A stretch of 64,000 nucleotides of DNA from positions 503,834 through 567,833 of the forward strand of contig MU004189.1 of the NCBI GenBank assembly GCA_010093605.1. The letters are read 5' to 3'. Made by a program: the position numbers and the translations under genes. Numbering within the stretch: the first letter of the stretch is position 1; each line of letters opens with the position of its first letter. Positions 49,547 through 64,000 of this stretch are shown in pieces. The notes beneath the pieces are model-generated. The model ran no database searches and was not told the origin of the DNA. It saw nothing but the letters and a program-made list of their open reading frames with translations. Source of the stretch: Lophium mytilinum. Taxonomy: Eukaryota.

Positions 49547-50398
49547 TCATCCACGGACGAGAGTCTATCTACGCTCACCCGATAACGGCAGAGGACGGTT
49601 TCGGATATACTCTGTATCATGGCAAGCGGCAGCAGCGTTGTTATATTTGGGGACGAGTGTACAGATAAAATTCCAGGGAATGTATTTGTATGTGTTGTTG
49701 ATGTTGGCGCTGTTCTCTGGGACTTCTTCTGACTCGTTCGTGTACACCTCGGCTGGAGGTCTGCTAACATTCTAAAGCTCTTTGTCAATCGCTTTCCGCG
49801 TCACAGACCCTGGGGCGTTCGTAGACGGGCAATACGAAGTCTTCATCGGAACCTCGCCTGAGGCAACATCGATAGGGCTGAGCTGGGTGACGCGACCTCT
49901 CCTGGCAAAGAAAAACATCACAAACATTCGAAACCATAAAGACTGAAGAATCTAGTCATATAGTCACTCACGAATATCACAAGAACACGCTTCTGATACC
50001 ATGATAAGCTAATCTAAATGCAGATTTCATCCTTAGCACTCCCGTGTAGTAGGAAAAACCCGGATATGCATCGTGGAAAGCCGCAGAAACCCGGTAAGGA
50101 AAGAGCCATCTTCCGGTTGTAGACTTTCGGGTCTACAGCGAAAGAAGGGGGGGTAATAACAGTGGGAAGGCCGTGATAGATGTGTGTGGGGGGAGAGTCG
50201 TGGGGAGTCGGGATAAGGAAACACCAAGCCGATTAACGCTGAGCCCATCTCCATGCCACTTGAACGCAATCAGAAAACAAGCCTCGTCCACCCCCGCCGC
50301 AGAGTTTTGCCCCATGTAGTAATTTAGCTGGATGGGGTCCGTCAAAGTCGTTTTTGTAGAGCCCGACTGTTATCATGCTGTGGATTCGCTTTGTAGGG

Positions 50399-51249
<851 letters not shown>

Positions 51250-52223
51250 TTTGCGAGTGTGTTTTCGGGGGTGTGGATCGGGAAAGAGGGAGTGGTTTTG
51301 CAAGAGGAAGTCTGCTGTGACGGAGAACTGAAGTGGGCTGCGTCTATCAGGTTAGCGCCATGAAAGCAGGCGGGGCGTATCGCTGGCAGGCCAGCACTAA
51401 TAACATACCTGGTCAGCGTCGGGCGGTGTTGGACTGATGTTGTGGGTGAAAGGCCGCGAAGGAAGTCGGGAGTGAGGGAAGAAGGGTTTCGAGGCAGCCG
51501 GCGACGTTTTATGGGTTGGTTGGCCCCAGGCTGAGACCCGGTGCACTTCTTCAGCAGAATTCACCGCTCACGCGTGGCAAACGATAGAACCCCGTCGTTC
51601 TCGCAACCACCTTCTACCATCGACGACGTCTGCCAGTAATACCACCAATATATTGCATATCAACCCTCCGCGTTGACAAAGCAACGAGATGTACCTATTG
51701 AGCTCCTTCACCAACTGCGTCTCGATTAGGGTTCGGGGCGGAAGGGGCCGTCTGCAAGCAGCAAGCTGTGCACTCCCCGCGAGGTGTGCTCTGAAACGTA
51801 GGACAGCAGCCTCCACGTCTCGCTCGATACAGCCGGTAGTCCTGCATTTGAGGCCTAGCATTGCTAGTTATTTGGAGGCTGAGGGTGCTTGGCGTGCATG
51901 AGTATGCTTCTATCACATATGTAGGCTTGAGTGCTGCACCGTCTGGGTCCTCAATCACGAAAGTGCTCACCCATACAGTACTTCACATTGCATAAACATC
52001 CAGAAGGTTCTTAGCGTTTCTATCTAATGTACGAAAGGTGCTCCTGCTTTTGTCGTATGTCTATGTCATCGCACGGAGTTATCTCCTGTGGTTGATTAAT
52101 TGCATACGACTACCCCATACTTTCCGGCACAGTTTTTGCGTGCCAAGAAGCGTGCATCTACAAACCCTCGATATATTTACAGCTATTGTTTCTTGTCAAG
52201 ATATCCATCGATCGATGCATGCA

Positions 52224-53657
52224 CTAGCAGAAGGCTTGAATGCCAGTGATGGCTCTTCCGAGAATGAGAGCTGCGTGACTAGGTCAGTAGTGGCCAACAT
52301 CATGCAGCCTGCCCGAGACTTACCGTGAATGTCGCTCTGTCCCTCGTACGTCTGGGTCACAAACAGATTCGCAACGTGTCGGCCTATTCCGTACTCGTCA
52401 CTGACAGCATTGCCGCCGAATACCTCTTGCAGTCTGCATGAAAGTTAGCGCATGAGCGTGCAGCCTGTCGTGACAACTCACATTCTCGCGTTGACCAACG
52501 CCCTATCACAGTTCTGTCGCTTGATCATCGAGATCATTTCCGGGGCCGCTTTGCCTTCGTCCTTGAGTCTGCCAACTTGGGTCGCTGCAAGTATACCGTA
52601 TGCAGCATCAGTAGTGGCGTCTGCAAGTTTCTTCTGCACAAGCTGGTACTTTGCGATTGGATTGCCCTTGAACTGTTTGCGATTCAGAGCATAGTCTCTT
52701 GTCCTTGAGATGCTGTCTTCAAGCGCGCCCATCGTTCCCCATGCAATTCCGTATCTCGCGTTGTTCAGGCAGCTGAATGGACCCCTCAGGCCCTCAACCT
52801 CAGGGAACATGTTCTCTTCCGGAACAGGACACTCATCTAGTTGGATCATGCCAGTTATGGATGCCCTCAGACCATTCTTGTTCTTTATTGGTGGCGTCTC
52901 CAGAGTGCCTGGTGGACACTGACTCCTCTCGATCACGAAGCCGCGGATCTTCCCGGTACTCTCGAGCTTGGCCCACACAAGGAACAGATCGGAGATGGGA
53001 GAGTTGGTGATCCATGTTTTGGCTCCAGAAAGTGAGTAGTATCCCTTCTTGGACGGGTGTGGCTTTGCGACTGTCTCCATCGATCCAGGATCCGATCCGT
53101 GATTTGGTTCTGTCAACCCGAAGCAGCCTAGCATTTTCCCCTTTGCCATCTCGGGCAAGTATTTGTCCTTCAGTTCCTGGGTGCCATGCTCCTCGATTCC
53201 GCCCATTACCAGGGAGCTCTGTACCGAGTATCCGGATCGGTAACCCGAGTCCACTCTCTCCACAGCTCGTGTGATCAAACCAGAAGCCACACTGCTCACG
53301 CCGGCGCATCCGTATCCCTGTATTGTTGCACCAAGAAGTCCGAGCTCTCCCATTTCCTCGAGGATCTTTCGATCGAAGTCTTCATTTCGGTATGCGTCTG
53401 CAATATTGTTAGCTGAGTGCTTCAGGACCTGAGGCTGGGGTCATGATACCTAGAAGCCTGGGCAGCATGCGTTCCTGACAATACGCTTCGGCAGTCTCCG
53501 CAATTGCCAGCTCATCTTCCGTAAACAGGTTGTTCGCCCCAAGGGGATCTTTCCAGTCAAACGCTGCTGGAGTATGAGCATATCGCCTTCCAACGACTGC
53601 AGAACCAGTAGGTCTAGTCAATTGGCGGACAGCCTGCCTGCAGACTGGCTTGAACAT
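52224..53657 (-). CDS. Glutaryl-CoA dehydrogenase, mitochondrial
   Basis: [59 protein letters not shown]. Confidence 0.92.
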
Positions 53658-54208
53658 ATTGGCGAACAGATAGCAGCAGTGTATAGAGTAAAGAGAGTAA
53701 GAAAATGTTAATTGCGCGTCATTGAATCATGGCAGTTGGTGAAAGAATATGTACCCCACGATCGACAATGGCCGACGGAAGGGCCGCGATTGAGCTGGGA
53801 CCGCGGTCCGATGCCCATTGGCCTTTCTGGCCCGAACTTCGCCGCCAAAGGCCGCTGTGGGAGCAAGATTTGCATAGTCTACATTTTGGGGGCCGCGGTT
53901 GATAGAACAAGGGTGCTAGCAGCTAGGCTCTTTGTTGCTCAGGCAAATATTGAGAGTTGCGACTTGAATGTGTGATGTTGAAGATATGCCAAGAGATATA
54001 GGGCTGCGACCCCGGTGGCATCACGTCGAACGCGGAAATGACGCTAGTGAGGCGCTCTTTCCCGATCTTCAACTCCAACCCTGGGATACTTCTGCCTGGG
54101 TGACAATTCGCCCACCACGACGCCTGATCTGCTTTCTTAGTTCTTCTTGCATCAAGTGCAGCAACATCTCCTCTTCTACATTCACATTTCTCTGGTAAAT
54201 TCCTCAAG

Positions 54209-55555
54209 ATGGGTATCAAGTCACTCTTCCAGGTCATCAGCGAAAACGCCCCCGATGCTGTCAAAACCGGGGAGATCAAGAACCAATTCGGCCGCAAGGT
54301 CGCGATAGTGAGCTCTTCAAATGTCTACGATGCATAGTCTCAACATACTAATCAATCCAGGACGCGTATGTACACACTTTGTGTCTCTCACTACCTGCGA
54401 CTAAAACTCCACCAGATCCATGAGCATCTACAGCTTCCTCATCGCAGTCCGCTCCGATGGCCAACAGCTCATGAACGAGACCGGCGAAACCACCTCTCAC
54501 TTGATGGGCATGTTCTACCGCACTCTGCGCATGGTCGACAACGGTATCAAGCCACTCTACGTCTTCGACGGCGCCCCACCCAAGCTCAAGTCCGGCGAGC
54601 TCGCGAAGCGATTCCAGCGCAAGTCTGAGGCACAAGCATCACATGAGGAGGCTAAGGAGACCGGTACAGCCGAGGACGTGGAGAAGTTCTCGCGGCGCAC
54701 CGTGAGGGTGACGAGAGAGCACAACGCAGAGTGCCAGAAACTGTTGAAGCTGATGGGCATACCTTACATTGTGGCGCCGACCGAGGCAGAAGCCCAGTGC
54801 GCGACGCTTGCGAGGGGTGGGAAGGTATATGCAGCCGCTTCGGAAGATATGGACACACTCACGTTCGATTCGCCAGTGCTGCTGCGACATCTTACATTCA
54901 GCGAGCAGCGGAAGGAACCGATTCTTGAGATCCACCTTGACAAGGTGTTGGAAGGACTAGAGATGGACAGGACACAGGTATGATACTTCGGGTGTGAACT
55001 GTATTCAATCTCAGTATGCTAATATTCCGTCATTCGCAGTTCATCGATCTCTGCATCCTCCTTGGTTGCGATTATCTCGACCCCATCAAAGGCATTGGCC
55101 CAACCACCGCTCTCAAGCTCATCCGCGAACACAAGAACCTCGAGGGTGTTGTCGCCGCTATCGGAAAGTCGACAAAGTACACCATCCCCGAAGACTGGCC
55201 TTATGCCGACGCTCGCCTCCTCTTCCTTGAACCCGATGTCCGCCCCGCTGACGACCCTGAATGCGACTTCAAATGGGAGGCGCCCGACCTTCCGGGCCTG
55301 ATCAAGTTCCTTGTCGAGGAAAAAGGCTTCAGTGAAGATAGGGTGAAGAACGGTGCCGCAAAACTGACGAAGAACCTCAAAACCGCACAACAGAGCCGAC
55401 TCGAGGGGTTCTTCAGGCCAGTTGCGAAGACTGAAGAGCAACAAGCGAGCCTGAAGCGCAAAAATGAGGCGAAGATTGAAGAGAAGAAAAAGAAGCAGAA
55501 GCAAGCGGCCAAGGAGAAGAAGGCCACGAAGGCGAAGCCTAGGCAAGTTGCTTAG
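54209..55555 (+). CDS. FEN1: Flap endonuclease 1
   Basis: MGIK...[39 protein letters not shown] and PIP box QSRLEGFF. Exons 54209-54307, 54361-54365, 54416-54977 and 55040-55555. Confidence 0.96.
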
Positions 55556-56443
55556 ACTGGAACAGGGATCCCCTCAGTGGTGTAGAGTGGACTACTGTAG
55601 ATGTTTCTGCGATGCTAGTGGATGACTTCATGGGTTTGCGGGCTGTCCAGGAAGGCGTTTCTGAAGCTTTCGGTTGCCGGCTAGCGATTTTCAATTCAAT
55701 TTTCGATTTCGGCGTTCATCAGGTATGGCATCATGCTATGGGGGCTTCTGGTCAGGCTCTGATGCAGATGAGTACGACGGGCTTGCCACATGCCAGGCGA
55801 TTTCTCCTTCGCCAGGGAAAAGCGAAGTGCGACAAGTATCTTATCCCACAGAATTTGATATTTAGTATGCGAAATACACATGAAACTTACTCTACCTCTA
55901 CCGTGCTCTTCCTTTTTGCATGTATGAACTGACTGCTCACGCTCGGCATGCACATGATTTGAGCTCTTGGGCATTGTCATCAACATATTGGTCTTCTCGA
56001 CCTCCAGGAACTTCAGTGCCTCCAAACACAGCCTGAACTACAACCTGACCAGAGTAACGTTTATTAAGAGTCATTATGACGCATTGAGCACTTCACGCAG
56101 CTTTCGTCATTAAGTTGTGAACGGAGCTTTTGGAGACTAGCGTTGGTCTATTAGGCTTAGGTCATAAATTTGGAGGCTATCTCAAGGAACCTCCGTCCAT
56201 CACCGCCTAACCAAAGCTCACCATCGACGCTCATTCATATATAGGCTAGAGCTAGTTCCAGAAACCGGTGAGCGATGTTTGGCCTAATCATGCTCTTAAC
56301 CTTCCGTATCAAGTACAAGGGATCCCATGTTGTAGTTTCAGCCCCCAAGGCTTGACCCCTTTTTCTCTGCACAGCACAGCCTTGTTCTCCTCCACGTATA
56401 TAGCTGTGGCTTCTGCGCAACACGTTCACCAGAGGTACTCTCT

Positions 56444-59400
56444 ATGGATCATTTACGTGGTGCTCGTCTCAGTGAGCCTCTGGTTAAGGTGCCCTATGTG
56501 CGCAAGTCCGGTTCTGATCTTTCGTCCATTTACAATTCAGATACATTTCTCAACTTTCCTCTTCACCATCTCAAATCGTTACGATCCAATCATCCTGAAA
56601 TCAGCAAAGACGATGCTCTTCTCTCACTGATACAATCCTGGCTCATTTTCGGCACGTTGATAGAGTTCTTTCGAGGGAAAGTGGTGCCCAAAGAGTTCCG
56701 AAAAATCTTAGAAGATGGCAGCGAGGTACTTACCACAAAACAGCTCCGTAAGATGATGGCGTGTTGGCCAGAGTACCAATACGGTTCCGACGACATTTCG
56801 AAAGAGGAGGTCCATAAAACGGCTGTCGAGACCAGTGGACAGCTCCTCGCCCGTTCTTTGTTTGCTTGCGAGCGATTCGGGAAAGTCAAGTCAAATGACG
56901 ACCGGCTACATCGCGTCCTCTTTTCAGTCAAAGTTCTGATATGTACCCTTACTCTCTTGGCGCGCAGCTATTCTCCAGAGTCGAATATGGCGCTGGACGC
57001 AGTTTTGACTAGGGCCCGTTTCAAGCACTCCCCCGACGGCTCACCGGAATCTACTTTCTTACTATGGGACTCTATGATTGAGAACCGGTGGTGGTATGTA
57101 GCCTAAAATATGACCCCAGCTCGACCACAAGCGCTTATCCAACCTTGTCAAGCCCGCATCAGATCCACTACATGCTCCAGACCCAGCCGGCAACTAGCGT
57201 CTGCCATATGGCTCATACAAAACGGCCGGAGTGGCACGGAGAGCATCATTCATGCGATAAACACGAATATTGCGTTGCACATCAGATCGATTGGGAAACT
57301 TTCGAGCCCACGCATGATCACAGCGCTTCATCGCACGGCCCTGGATGTTGTCTTGCACCAAAAAATGAAGAAGTAGCCCTTCTCGAAAAGCAAATGATGG
57401 CCTTACTCGACAAGGGCAAGATTCCGTTAGTATCTTGTGTGAGGAATCCGAACAACAGTCTACGACTAGACGTCATTGAAGCTAGGCAAGGTGTAGACTA
57501 CACTGCAATCACTCATGTAGGTTGTTATGCTCCGTTTGCCCCCTTTAGCTATCAAGCCTGACTAGCGAGTACTAGGTCTGGGCCGATGGACTTGGAAGCG
57601 CCAAAAGCAATCAATTGCCCGCATGTCGACTCCAGAAAGTGCTTGCAGCTATACGCCTCGTCGAGAAAAAGGACATAGAAAATGCGAAGTATTTCAAGGG
57701 GTTTCGTCGCCGCAAATTCGCAAAGAAAAGACAGCGTACCATATTCTGGATGGACATCTTCTGTGTCCCAAAAGGGTCGAAGAGCGAAAGGCATCGGATA
57801 CTTGAGCAGAGAGCCATCTCGCTCATGACAGCAACATACGTAGGAGCCAAATACGTCCTGGTTCTAGACTCCGAGTTGCAAAGTATACCGTGTAAAGACA
57901 CCGACAGACGTACCTTTGGCTTTCATCTCATGAGCTGCCGGTGGATGGGGCGTTGTTGGACTCTTCAAGAAGGTGCCCTAGCTTCTCCGTCAAGTTTGTG
58001 GTATGACTTTAGCGACGGCGTACTGCCTCACAACAAAATCGAGTCTTTCGGCTCTCCAACCGCTGCAGTAGACTGCCGTGGACCAGTCAAATGGCATAAG
58101 TGGTGGGTGCCGTTAAAGCTCCCGTTTGTAGGAAACTTCACGTTCCGTTTATCTCAAACTATTTCGATACAGGAGTATCGATTTATTACAGTATGGAACA
58201 GCTTCTTGGGTCGGTCAACTACGAAACCCAAGGACGTTCATGTTGTTCTAGCAAAGTACGTATAGCGAGGACAATGGTTGGAAGCTTATGTTTAACCATT
58301 GTATCAGCCTGCTCGGATTCAGCGCTCTCGAAATATCAGAATTATCGTCAAAGGTGCAGTCACCCGAAGAAAACGAGGAATTAGTCGATCGCCGAGGAAG
58401 ATCCGAAAGGATGAAAGCAATGCTTCTCGCACAAGATCGGCTTCCACTCGAGCTCTTTAGTATTTCTCAAGCCGAGCCATCTACTCAGCCTCGCCATCTT
58501 TCATGGATCCCAGATGCGCCAACCGGACGACAGATCACAGGCCTCGACACAAGGATGGTAAATATTGACGGTGAAGTCCTAAAAGTTGATTCTCACTGCG
58601 GTCCTTACGGCTTCTTTGTGACAATACCGTCTAGCCCACAATTGCGAACATTTTGTATCAATGTAGCAGCCACACCCGAAGAACCGCACATATGCATCAC
58701 CCTAGATATGCCCCAGCACAACACTTCGGGAGACTTTTACCTTCATCTTAATTTGCACAAGGAAGCTCATTCTCTCATTCAAGACACTTACGGTACCGGA
58801 GCATGTTTTGCAGTCCTCAGACGGCAGGGTCACGAAGTAGAAGTACGATTCGAGTCAGCCTTGCGATTCTGCCACTGCTGGGAGACCCACCTAGAGAATG
58901 GCTCGTCCGACATTTTTCTTCCCGTAGAATCAGAGACAGCGCATCATAGGATATCGATAAGCCTTCGTAAGTCGCCGTCCCTTCGAGTAGTGATTCCTCC
59001 TCCTGATGTTCCCAGACCCTCTATCCGTGTACAAACCATCAACGCAGCGCCCAGCGGATCTCTTCGACTTCTTCCCCAAACGCCGTCTTTCACTTAGAGT
59101 GATTCTCCCTACCACTGTACTATTGTGGTTTGCTGGTGCCGGAATATGCATCGCAGGTCACATCCAATTCGGATCCAGCTTCTTCGCCGTCACCTGGGCT
59201 ATCATTCTTTACTTCCCGTTCTTGGCCATGACCTGCATCATGTACCTGACAAGATCTAGCTGGCTCATGAGCTACACAACCGGCGACGTGCCCTGGTACG
59301 TCAAAGTGGCTTCGTCTCGCTGGGCGCCGTCGTTCTACAATGTGCGCATCTGGTCGAGATGGACTTGGATACGTTGCCAGCCGGGCGTTCTCTGGATTAG

Positions 59401-59647
59401 GAGATTGAAACCTGGACGCAGCGTTTTCAAATTCAGCAAGAAGGCTTCAGGGTCTACTACGGAGTTGATAAGTAAGGATCGCCAAGATTGTTTGGAAGAT
59501 GAAGATGCGACTTGTGTCAATGCGCCAGACTATGATGCTTTCAAGGACATGGAGAATATAGCATACAAGATGCTAGACGAGGAATACGCGCGGGTTCTCT
59601 GTGCTATGGACAGGCAGATGTGGTGGGCGGACAAACATACTGGATAA
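56444..59647 (+). CDS. HET-domain (heterokaryon incompatibility) protein with two C-terminal hydrophobic helices
   Basis: After splicing 57094-57152, 57517-57575, 58256-58307 and 58967-59015: YTAITHVWADGLG, FWMDIFCVP, VLVLDSEL, WMGRCWTLQEG. Confidence 0.85.
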
Positions 59648-60415
59648 TTCCTCACTCTCGGAACGCTAAGAGTTCAGATCAAAAAGAGTAAGTCTTCGCA
59701 CATTTGAAAGTGTCGAGCACAGAGGAAAAGGTGAACGCATATTGTAAAACTTTAGCGAGCGTCTAAGCGAGAATGCTACCAAGTAAGCATCACGTGAGAC
59801 CTCGAATCCAGCGTCTTAGCGTTTTATCCTCCGAGGACTACGATCTCATTTCCTCTGAGGGAAAACAGTCCTCCTAGTGCGAAAGAGCATGTTCCAGTGA
59901 CGGAACATTGGAACAGACTAACTACGTCAATAACAAAGTTCCTCACTTCAAGATTCTATTTTCCGCCCCCGTTAAGCGCTGACTTCGGAAACACGCACTG
60001 CATCATTGCGCGCCAACAGGGACCCCAGCGCTTCCCCGTCAGTGGTGCGGGCAAGCGTGCGATCAACATATCCAGCTCTTTCCAGCCTCCGGATCCAATG
60101 GAATTCTCCCTTTCCTGCATTTCTGGCGGCGGTGCCTATGCCCGCGCTCGACAACCACTCTGATCTTTTTCTGTCTTCCCGCTTGCTTTGTGTTTGCGGT
60201 TCTGCGGTTTTGAAACCAGAGCGTGCGGCGCGGATTGCGGCGTAGCAAGAGCTGGGAGGGATGATAAGAGAATTGGCTCCTGCTCGTGTGATGGCTCGGG
60301 GACTATTTTGCAAGGAATTGCCTGGAGCCGCACGTGTTTCGGAACCCGAACCCGAAGTTGGAGCTGGATTTCTATTCCCCGAGGATCATTTGAATTGTGG
60401 AGACGCTGGTCGTAC

Positions 60416-62476
60416 ATGTCTAGGTTATCGAGGTCGTCGTATGGGGATGGACGGGAAGAAGAGCACGTCAGAGGAAGGGAAGAAGGGCATGTTGGGGCGA
60501 GGCCGTGGAGCATTGGGTCGGAGCTACTAGGCCACTATCAGGAACATTGTTTGGAGGTGCCAGAGAACCAGGAATCTCGTCGTCAGCTTCATCATTCTCA
60601 TGTCTCGGAGGTCTCGGGGGTCTCTCGGACTAGTGCTTTCATCGAGATCCACAACGCTACCCAGGTGTCGGACAAGGAAGAGGCGGATTCAACTTTGGAG
60701 GGAGGACCGCCGAGGCTGATTAGGGCGAAGACCACAGTTCTCAACCGGGTACTGATGGATTGGTGGTGGTGGGAACTCTTCAGCTGGCTGGTTGCCTTCT
60801 TCGCCACTGCTGCAATAGTCGTCGTATTGTTGCTACGCAGCGAACAGCCTTTGCCGCATTGGCCTCTCGGACTTACCATCAACGCCTATATTGCGATTCT
60901 CGCGGCTTTGGCGAAAGCTGCCTTGATTCTTCCGGTGTCAGAGGCGATCGGTCAGCTCAAGTGGGTTTGGTTCAAGAATGAGTCGAAGTTGATGGACTTT
61001 TTCACTTTTGATAGTGCTAGCAGAGGTCCATGGGGCTCTTTGATGCTCATTTGGACCACGAAATGCAGGTATGTATCTGTATCATTTCCAAATGATCCTC
61101 ACTCTCGTACAAACTACTGACTAATTATTGGTCTTAGACACCTAGCAACATTAGGAGCAGTCATCACTATCCTCGCCCTAGCTTTCGAAACAATGTTTCA
61201 GCAGATTGTTGCTTATCCAGAGAGACCTGTCATCGTTGGAGAATCCACGGTCGCCATTGCTAGAAGCTTCCATGTCGACCCGGCTTGGCTGGCGGGGAAT
61301 GACAGCGCACTAACGTTGGCCAATGATCCACAAACAAGCCTGTTCATCAGCACTGCTATTTATGCCAACACTAAAGACACCTTTACTCCACCTCCGTCAA
61401 ACTGCCCCTCCGGTAACTGCTCCTGGCCAACCTATTCTTCTCTTGCAGTGTGCAACCAGTGCAAGGAGGTCACCAATTTGCTCTATTACCAATGTCGGAA
61501 TTTCACCAATGTAAACTTCCTTGTTTATGACACACAGTCGACTCCGAAGGCGTGTGGTTGGTTACTAAACAATACCCTAATGGTCGGGAAAGACGACAAT
61601 GGTTTCGCCGAGGATCATTCTTACCACTATCTGGCAATGAAAGCAGTTGACTCGCATTGGAACTCTACTCTCTTCCAGGACGTTGCATACCCGCTTCTAG
61701 ACCTATACGTAGCGTATATCCCTGGAGGAGCGAAGGCGGCCAAACGAAACGACACTCCAGTGATGCTGGAGTGTCTCATGACTTGGTGTGTCCAATCCTA
61801 TCAAAGCATACACGAGGGTGGTGTTTTGAACGAAACGCTCGTCAGCACATATCTAGATCCGACAACAACGAAGCCCTCAGAGGCAGAATTACAGGCTGGG
61901 AAGCAGCCTGTCAGCATCTCCCCGCCAGGCGCGAACGGCACATTTACCGTCTCGAATTCGACAACCGAAGCGATTAGGCAACAGCTTGCATTCGGCGGCG
62001 ATGGAGGGCTGTCGCCGGTCGATTTTGAAGATGTTGAAGGGAACTTCAGGACTGTCATGAATGGTATATACGAGTTCATTTTCCAGCCTCCCTACGACAT
62101 CGTCCCTGGTATGGACAACATCGCTGCCGCTATTACGAATAGCATACGGAGGAAAAGCGACGGGACAGAATTAGCAAAGGGCAGTGCTTGGGCTCCTCAG
62201 ACGTTTGTTCGAATCAGATGGATATGGATCTTGCTTCCCGCCCTTCTGCTTATTTTCAGCTTTGTTTTCTTGGTAGGGACGATCGTGAAGAGCACGAGAC
62301 AAAATGTTGCTGTATGGAAGACATCCGCCTTGGCGACCCTCCTTCACGGGTTATCTGGAGATGCACGTCACATGCTGGACCCAGAAACGCCGGCCAGCGA
62401 AGTTGAGGCGACTGCTCAGAGGGTCTTAGTAGTTTTGTCTTCTGAGAAGGACACTTCCAAGCTGGTTTTGGTCTAA
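60416..62476 (+). CDS. DUF3176-family membrane protein
   Basis: WWWELFS, WPLGLTINAYIAIL, EAIGQLKWVWF, FDSASRGPWGSL, CPSGNCSWP, VWKTSALATL. Intron 61069-61137; start codon uncertain. Confidence 0.82.
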
Positions 62477-63637
62477 GGCCTGTGGAGAGATTGTCGATTT
62501 GCAGAGAGATTCATAGAAAGCGCCGTCCCTTTAAGTAAATTAAACACCTAACGCAGTATTTATAAATTGACGACTAGTTGAGTTTGAGGAAACACAAGTG
62601 CTAAACGTGATTGCTGATAGTACATAGCGTCATGAAGCCGCTTGTGGCAACACTTACTGAGTATACCGCTTACACTTGACCAGTGCCAACTTGCTATTGA
62701 GCAGGACGCATATCGTATTTGCCGACCGAATGAATCGGCTAAAGCTACATGATGGACTCATGGGGTTTATGCGAGCCTAGTCAAAAGACAGAATAAGATA
62801 TGTTCGCTTTTGGAACTATCTCAGCCAGGTCGATGTAATGCGGACGCGGGGGCTATAAGGTTGGATATGAGGCTTCTTAATGGCGAACGCTCGAGGTTTA
62901 CGAGGTACTCGGTCTACAACCCACCTTGTGAGGTTAAGCAGTATACCATACGGAGGCGTCCCGAGGTCCTGTTAGATATGGAAGGTAGTGAAAGGGAGGT
63001 GTCACGTCGCTTGGAGCGACAATTCCACTTCGGCTTTTCATCCTAGTTGAGGATAGCTGGAGGTGTCTTGGTGACGACCCTTGACCTTCACATTCTACGA
63101 GTGGCCAGTGACCATGTCGGCTCGCGAAGGCGAACGGAGGTGTCTGCAGGCGGAGACGGAAGCTCCTACAAGGCATTGTTCATGCACTTAGCCGAGACTA
63201 ACTAGGGTAGGACTAGTGTCGATGGGGCTCTGAGCTTGATGAGACATCGGGACCCCTTGAACGTTTCGCATCCACCTTCACACTTCACGATTGCACTAGA
63301 GGTGGAGAGTGTCTCAGATGTCGCATCATACCTGATGTCCCATGGCCCGGTAAAAAGAATAGTTTTACATTCATCTTTCATCAACTATGGCGCCTAAATT
63401 GAAAACAGCCAACTCCCACGCAATATTGAACCAGGAGAAAGGCCTTGCTCCGTGATGTGCGAAGGGTCGCGCTGGACGGAGATATGATCTATGTGACATG
63501 ATGTAGTCCAGAAAGGTTCGAAGAAAGAAGCATTACATCTCAGTGCCTACCACCTCCACCAATCCTCTTCAGCTCGTGATTCATCCTCTCCGGGCACAAC
63601 GCCGGTCCTAGACATCTTCTAGATGGTGAAGTAGTCT

Positions 63638-64000
63638 CTACGCAATAAACTCGCGCGCTGTGAACTTCCTGGGTCGGCCAAAACGGCCGCCTTTGCCTTG
63701 ACCAAAGCGCTGGCCACCTTTGCCGGCTTGTCCCTTCCCACCAGCGGCGTTGCCGCCAGCAGCGGCCGAGGTCGTAGCGGCTGCCGCACTAGTAGCAGCT
63801 ACCGCACTGGATGCGGCTACGTTTCCTCCTGCATTTCCAGTATTGCCCGTATTTCCAGTATTGCCATTTTGTCCTTTTCCAGTATTGCCGCCCTTGCCGG
63901 CCGTAACTGTAAATCTCACACAGTCGTCCTGAGCACCACGTTGAGCCACGGGCATTAGCACAGGTTGATGATTGCTGGCCGAGGTCATAGAGCAGACACG
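63638..64000 (-). CDS. C-terminal part of a conserved fungal protein of unknown function (probably secreted), truncated by the window
   Basis: RVCSMTSASNHQPVLMPVAQRGAQDDCVRF followed by a G/N/A-rich low-complexity tail. Confidence 0.65.
   Translation of the reverse strand, partial: RVCSMTSASNHQPVLMPVAQRGAQDDCVRFTVTAGKGGNTGKGQNGNTGNTGNTGNAGGNVAASSAVAATSAAAATTSAAAGGNAAGGKGQAGKGGQRFGQGKGGRFGRPRKFTAREFIA

Overview
Gene-dense nuclear DNA of a filamentous ascomycete (Pezizomycotina; Dothideomycetes is my guess from protein style, not demonstrated). It has short GT-AG introns with CTRAY branch sites and about 22 protein-coding genes. In order: VPS74, SNF5, an EEP-family hydrolase, a double-PHD Rco1-like protein, Cdb4/PA2G4, an ALR-type CorA transporter, CIA84, mitochondrial bS18, a SAS2-like MYST acetyltransferase, an Mtf2-like protein, an FLC/TRP-like membrane protein, an NDR-like kinase, an 87-aa spliced gene missed by the ORF track, TPS2, a non-canonical poly(A) polymerase-like protein, UBC4, glutaryl-CoA dehydrogenase, FEN1, a HET-domain protein, a DUF3176 protein and a truncated final gene. 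The most unusual signal is non-coding: four tail-to-tail (convergent) intergenic gaps hold degenerate tandem arrays with no obvious similarity to each other. The array at ~37.9-40.25 kb has roughly 50 conserved TTTTGA...CCAT blocks cycling through four types (~170 bp higher-order unit). The blocks are separated by much more variable ~18-21 nt spacers, and the array is flanked by an ACGT-motif-rich promoter-like segment. The other arrays have periods of 160-162 bp (6.7-8.4 kb), ~260 bp (27.6-28.9 kb) and ~80/187 bp (23.5-23.8 kb). No tRNA, rRNA, true CRISPR or transposase was recognised. All family assignments come from motif recognition by eye, not database searches.
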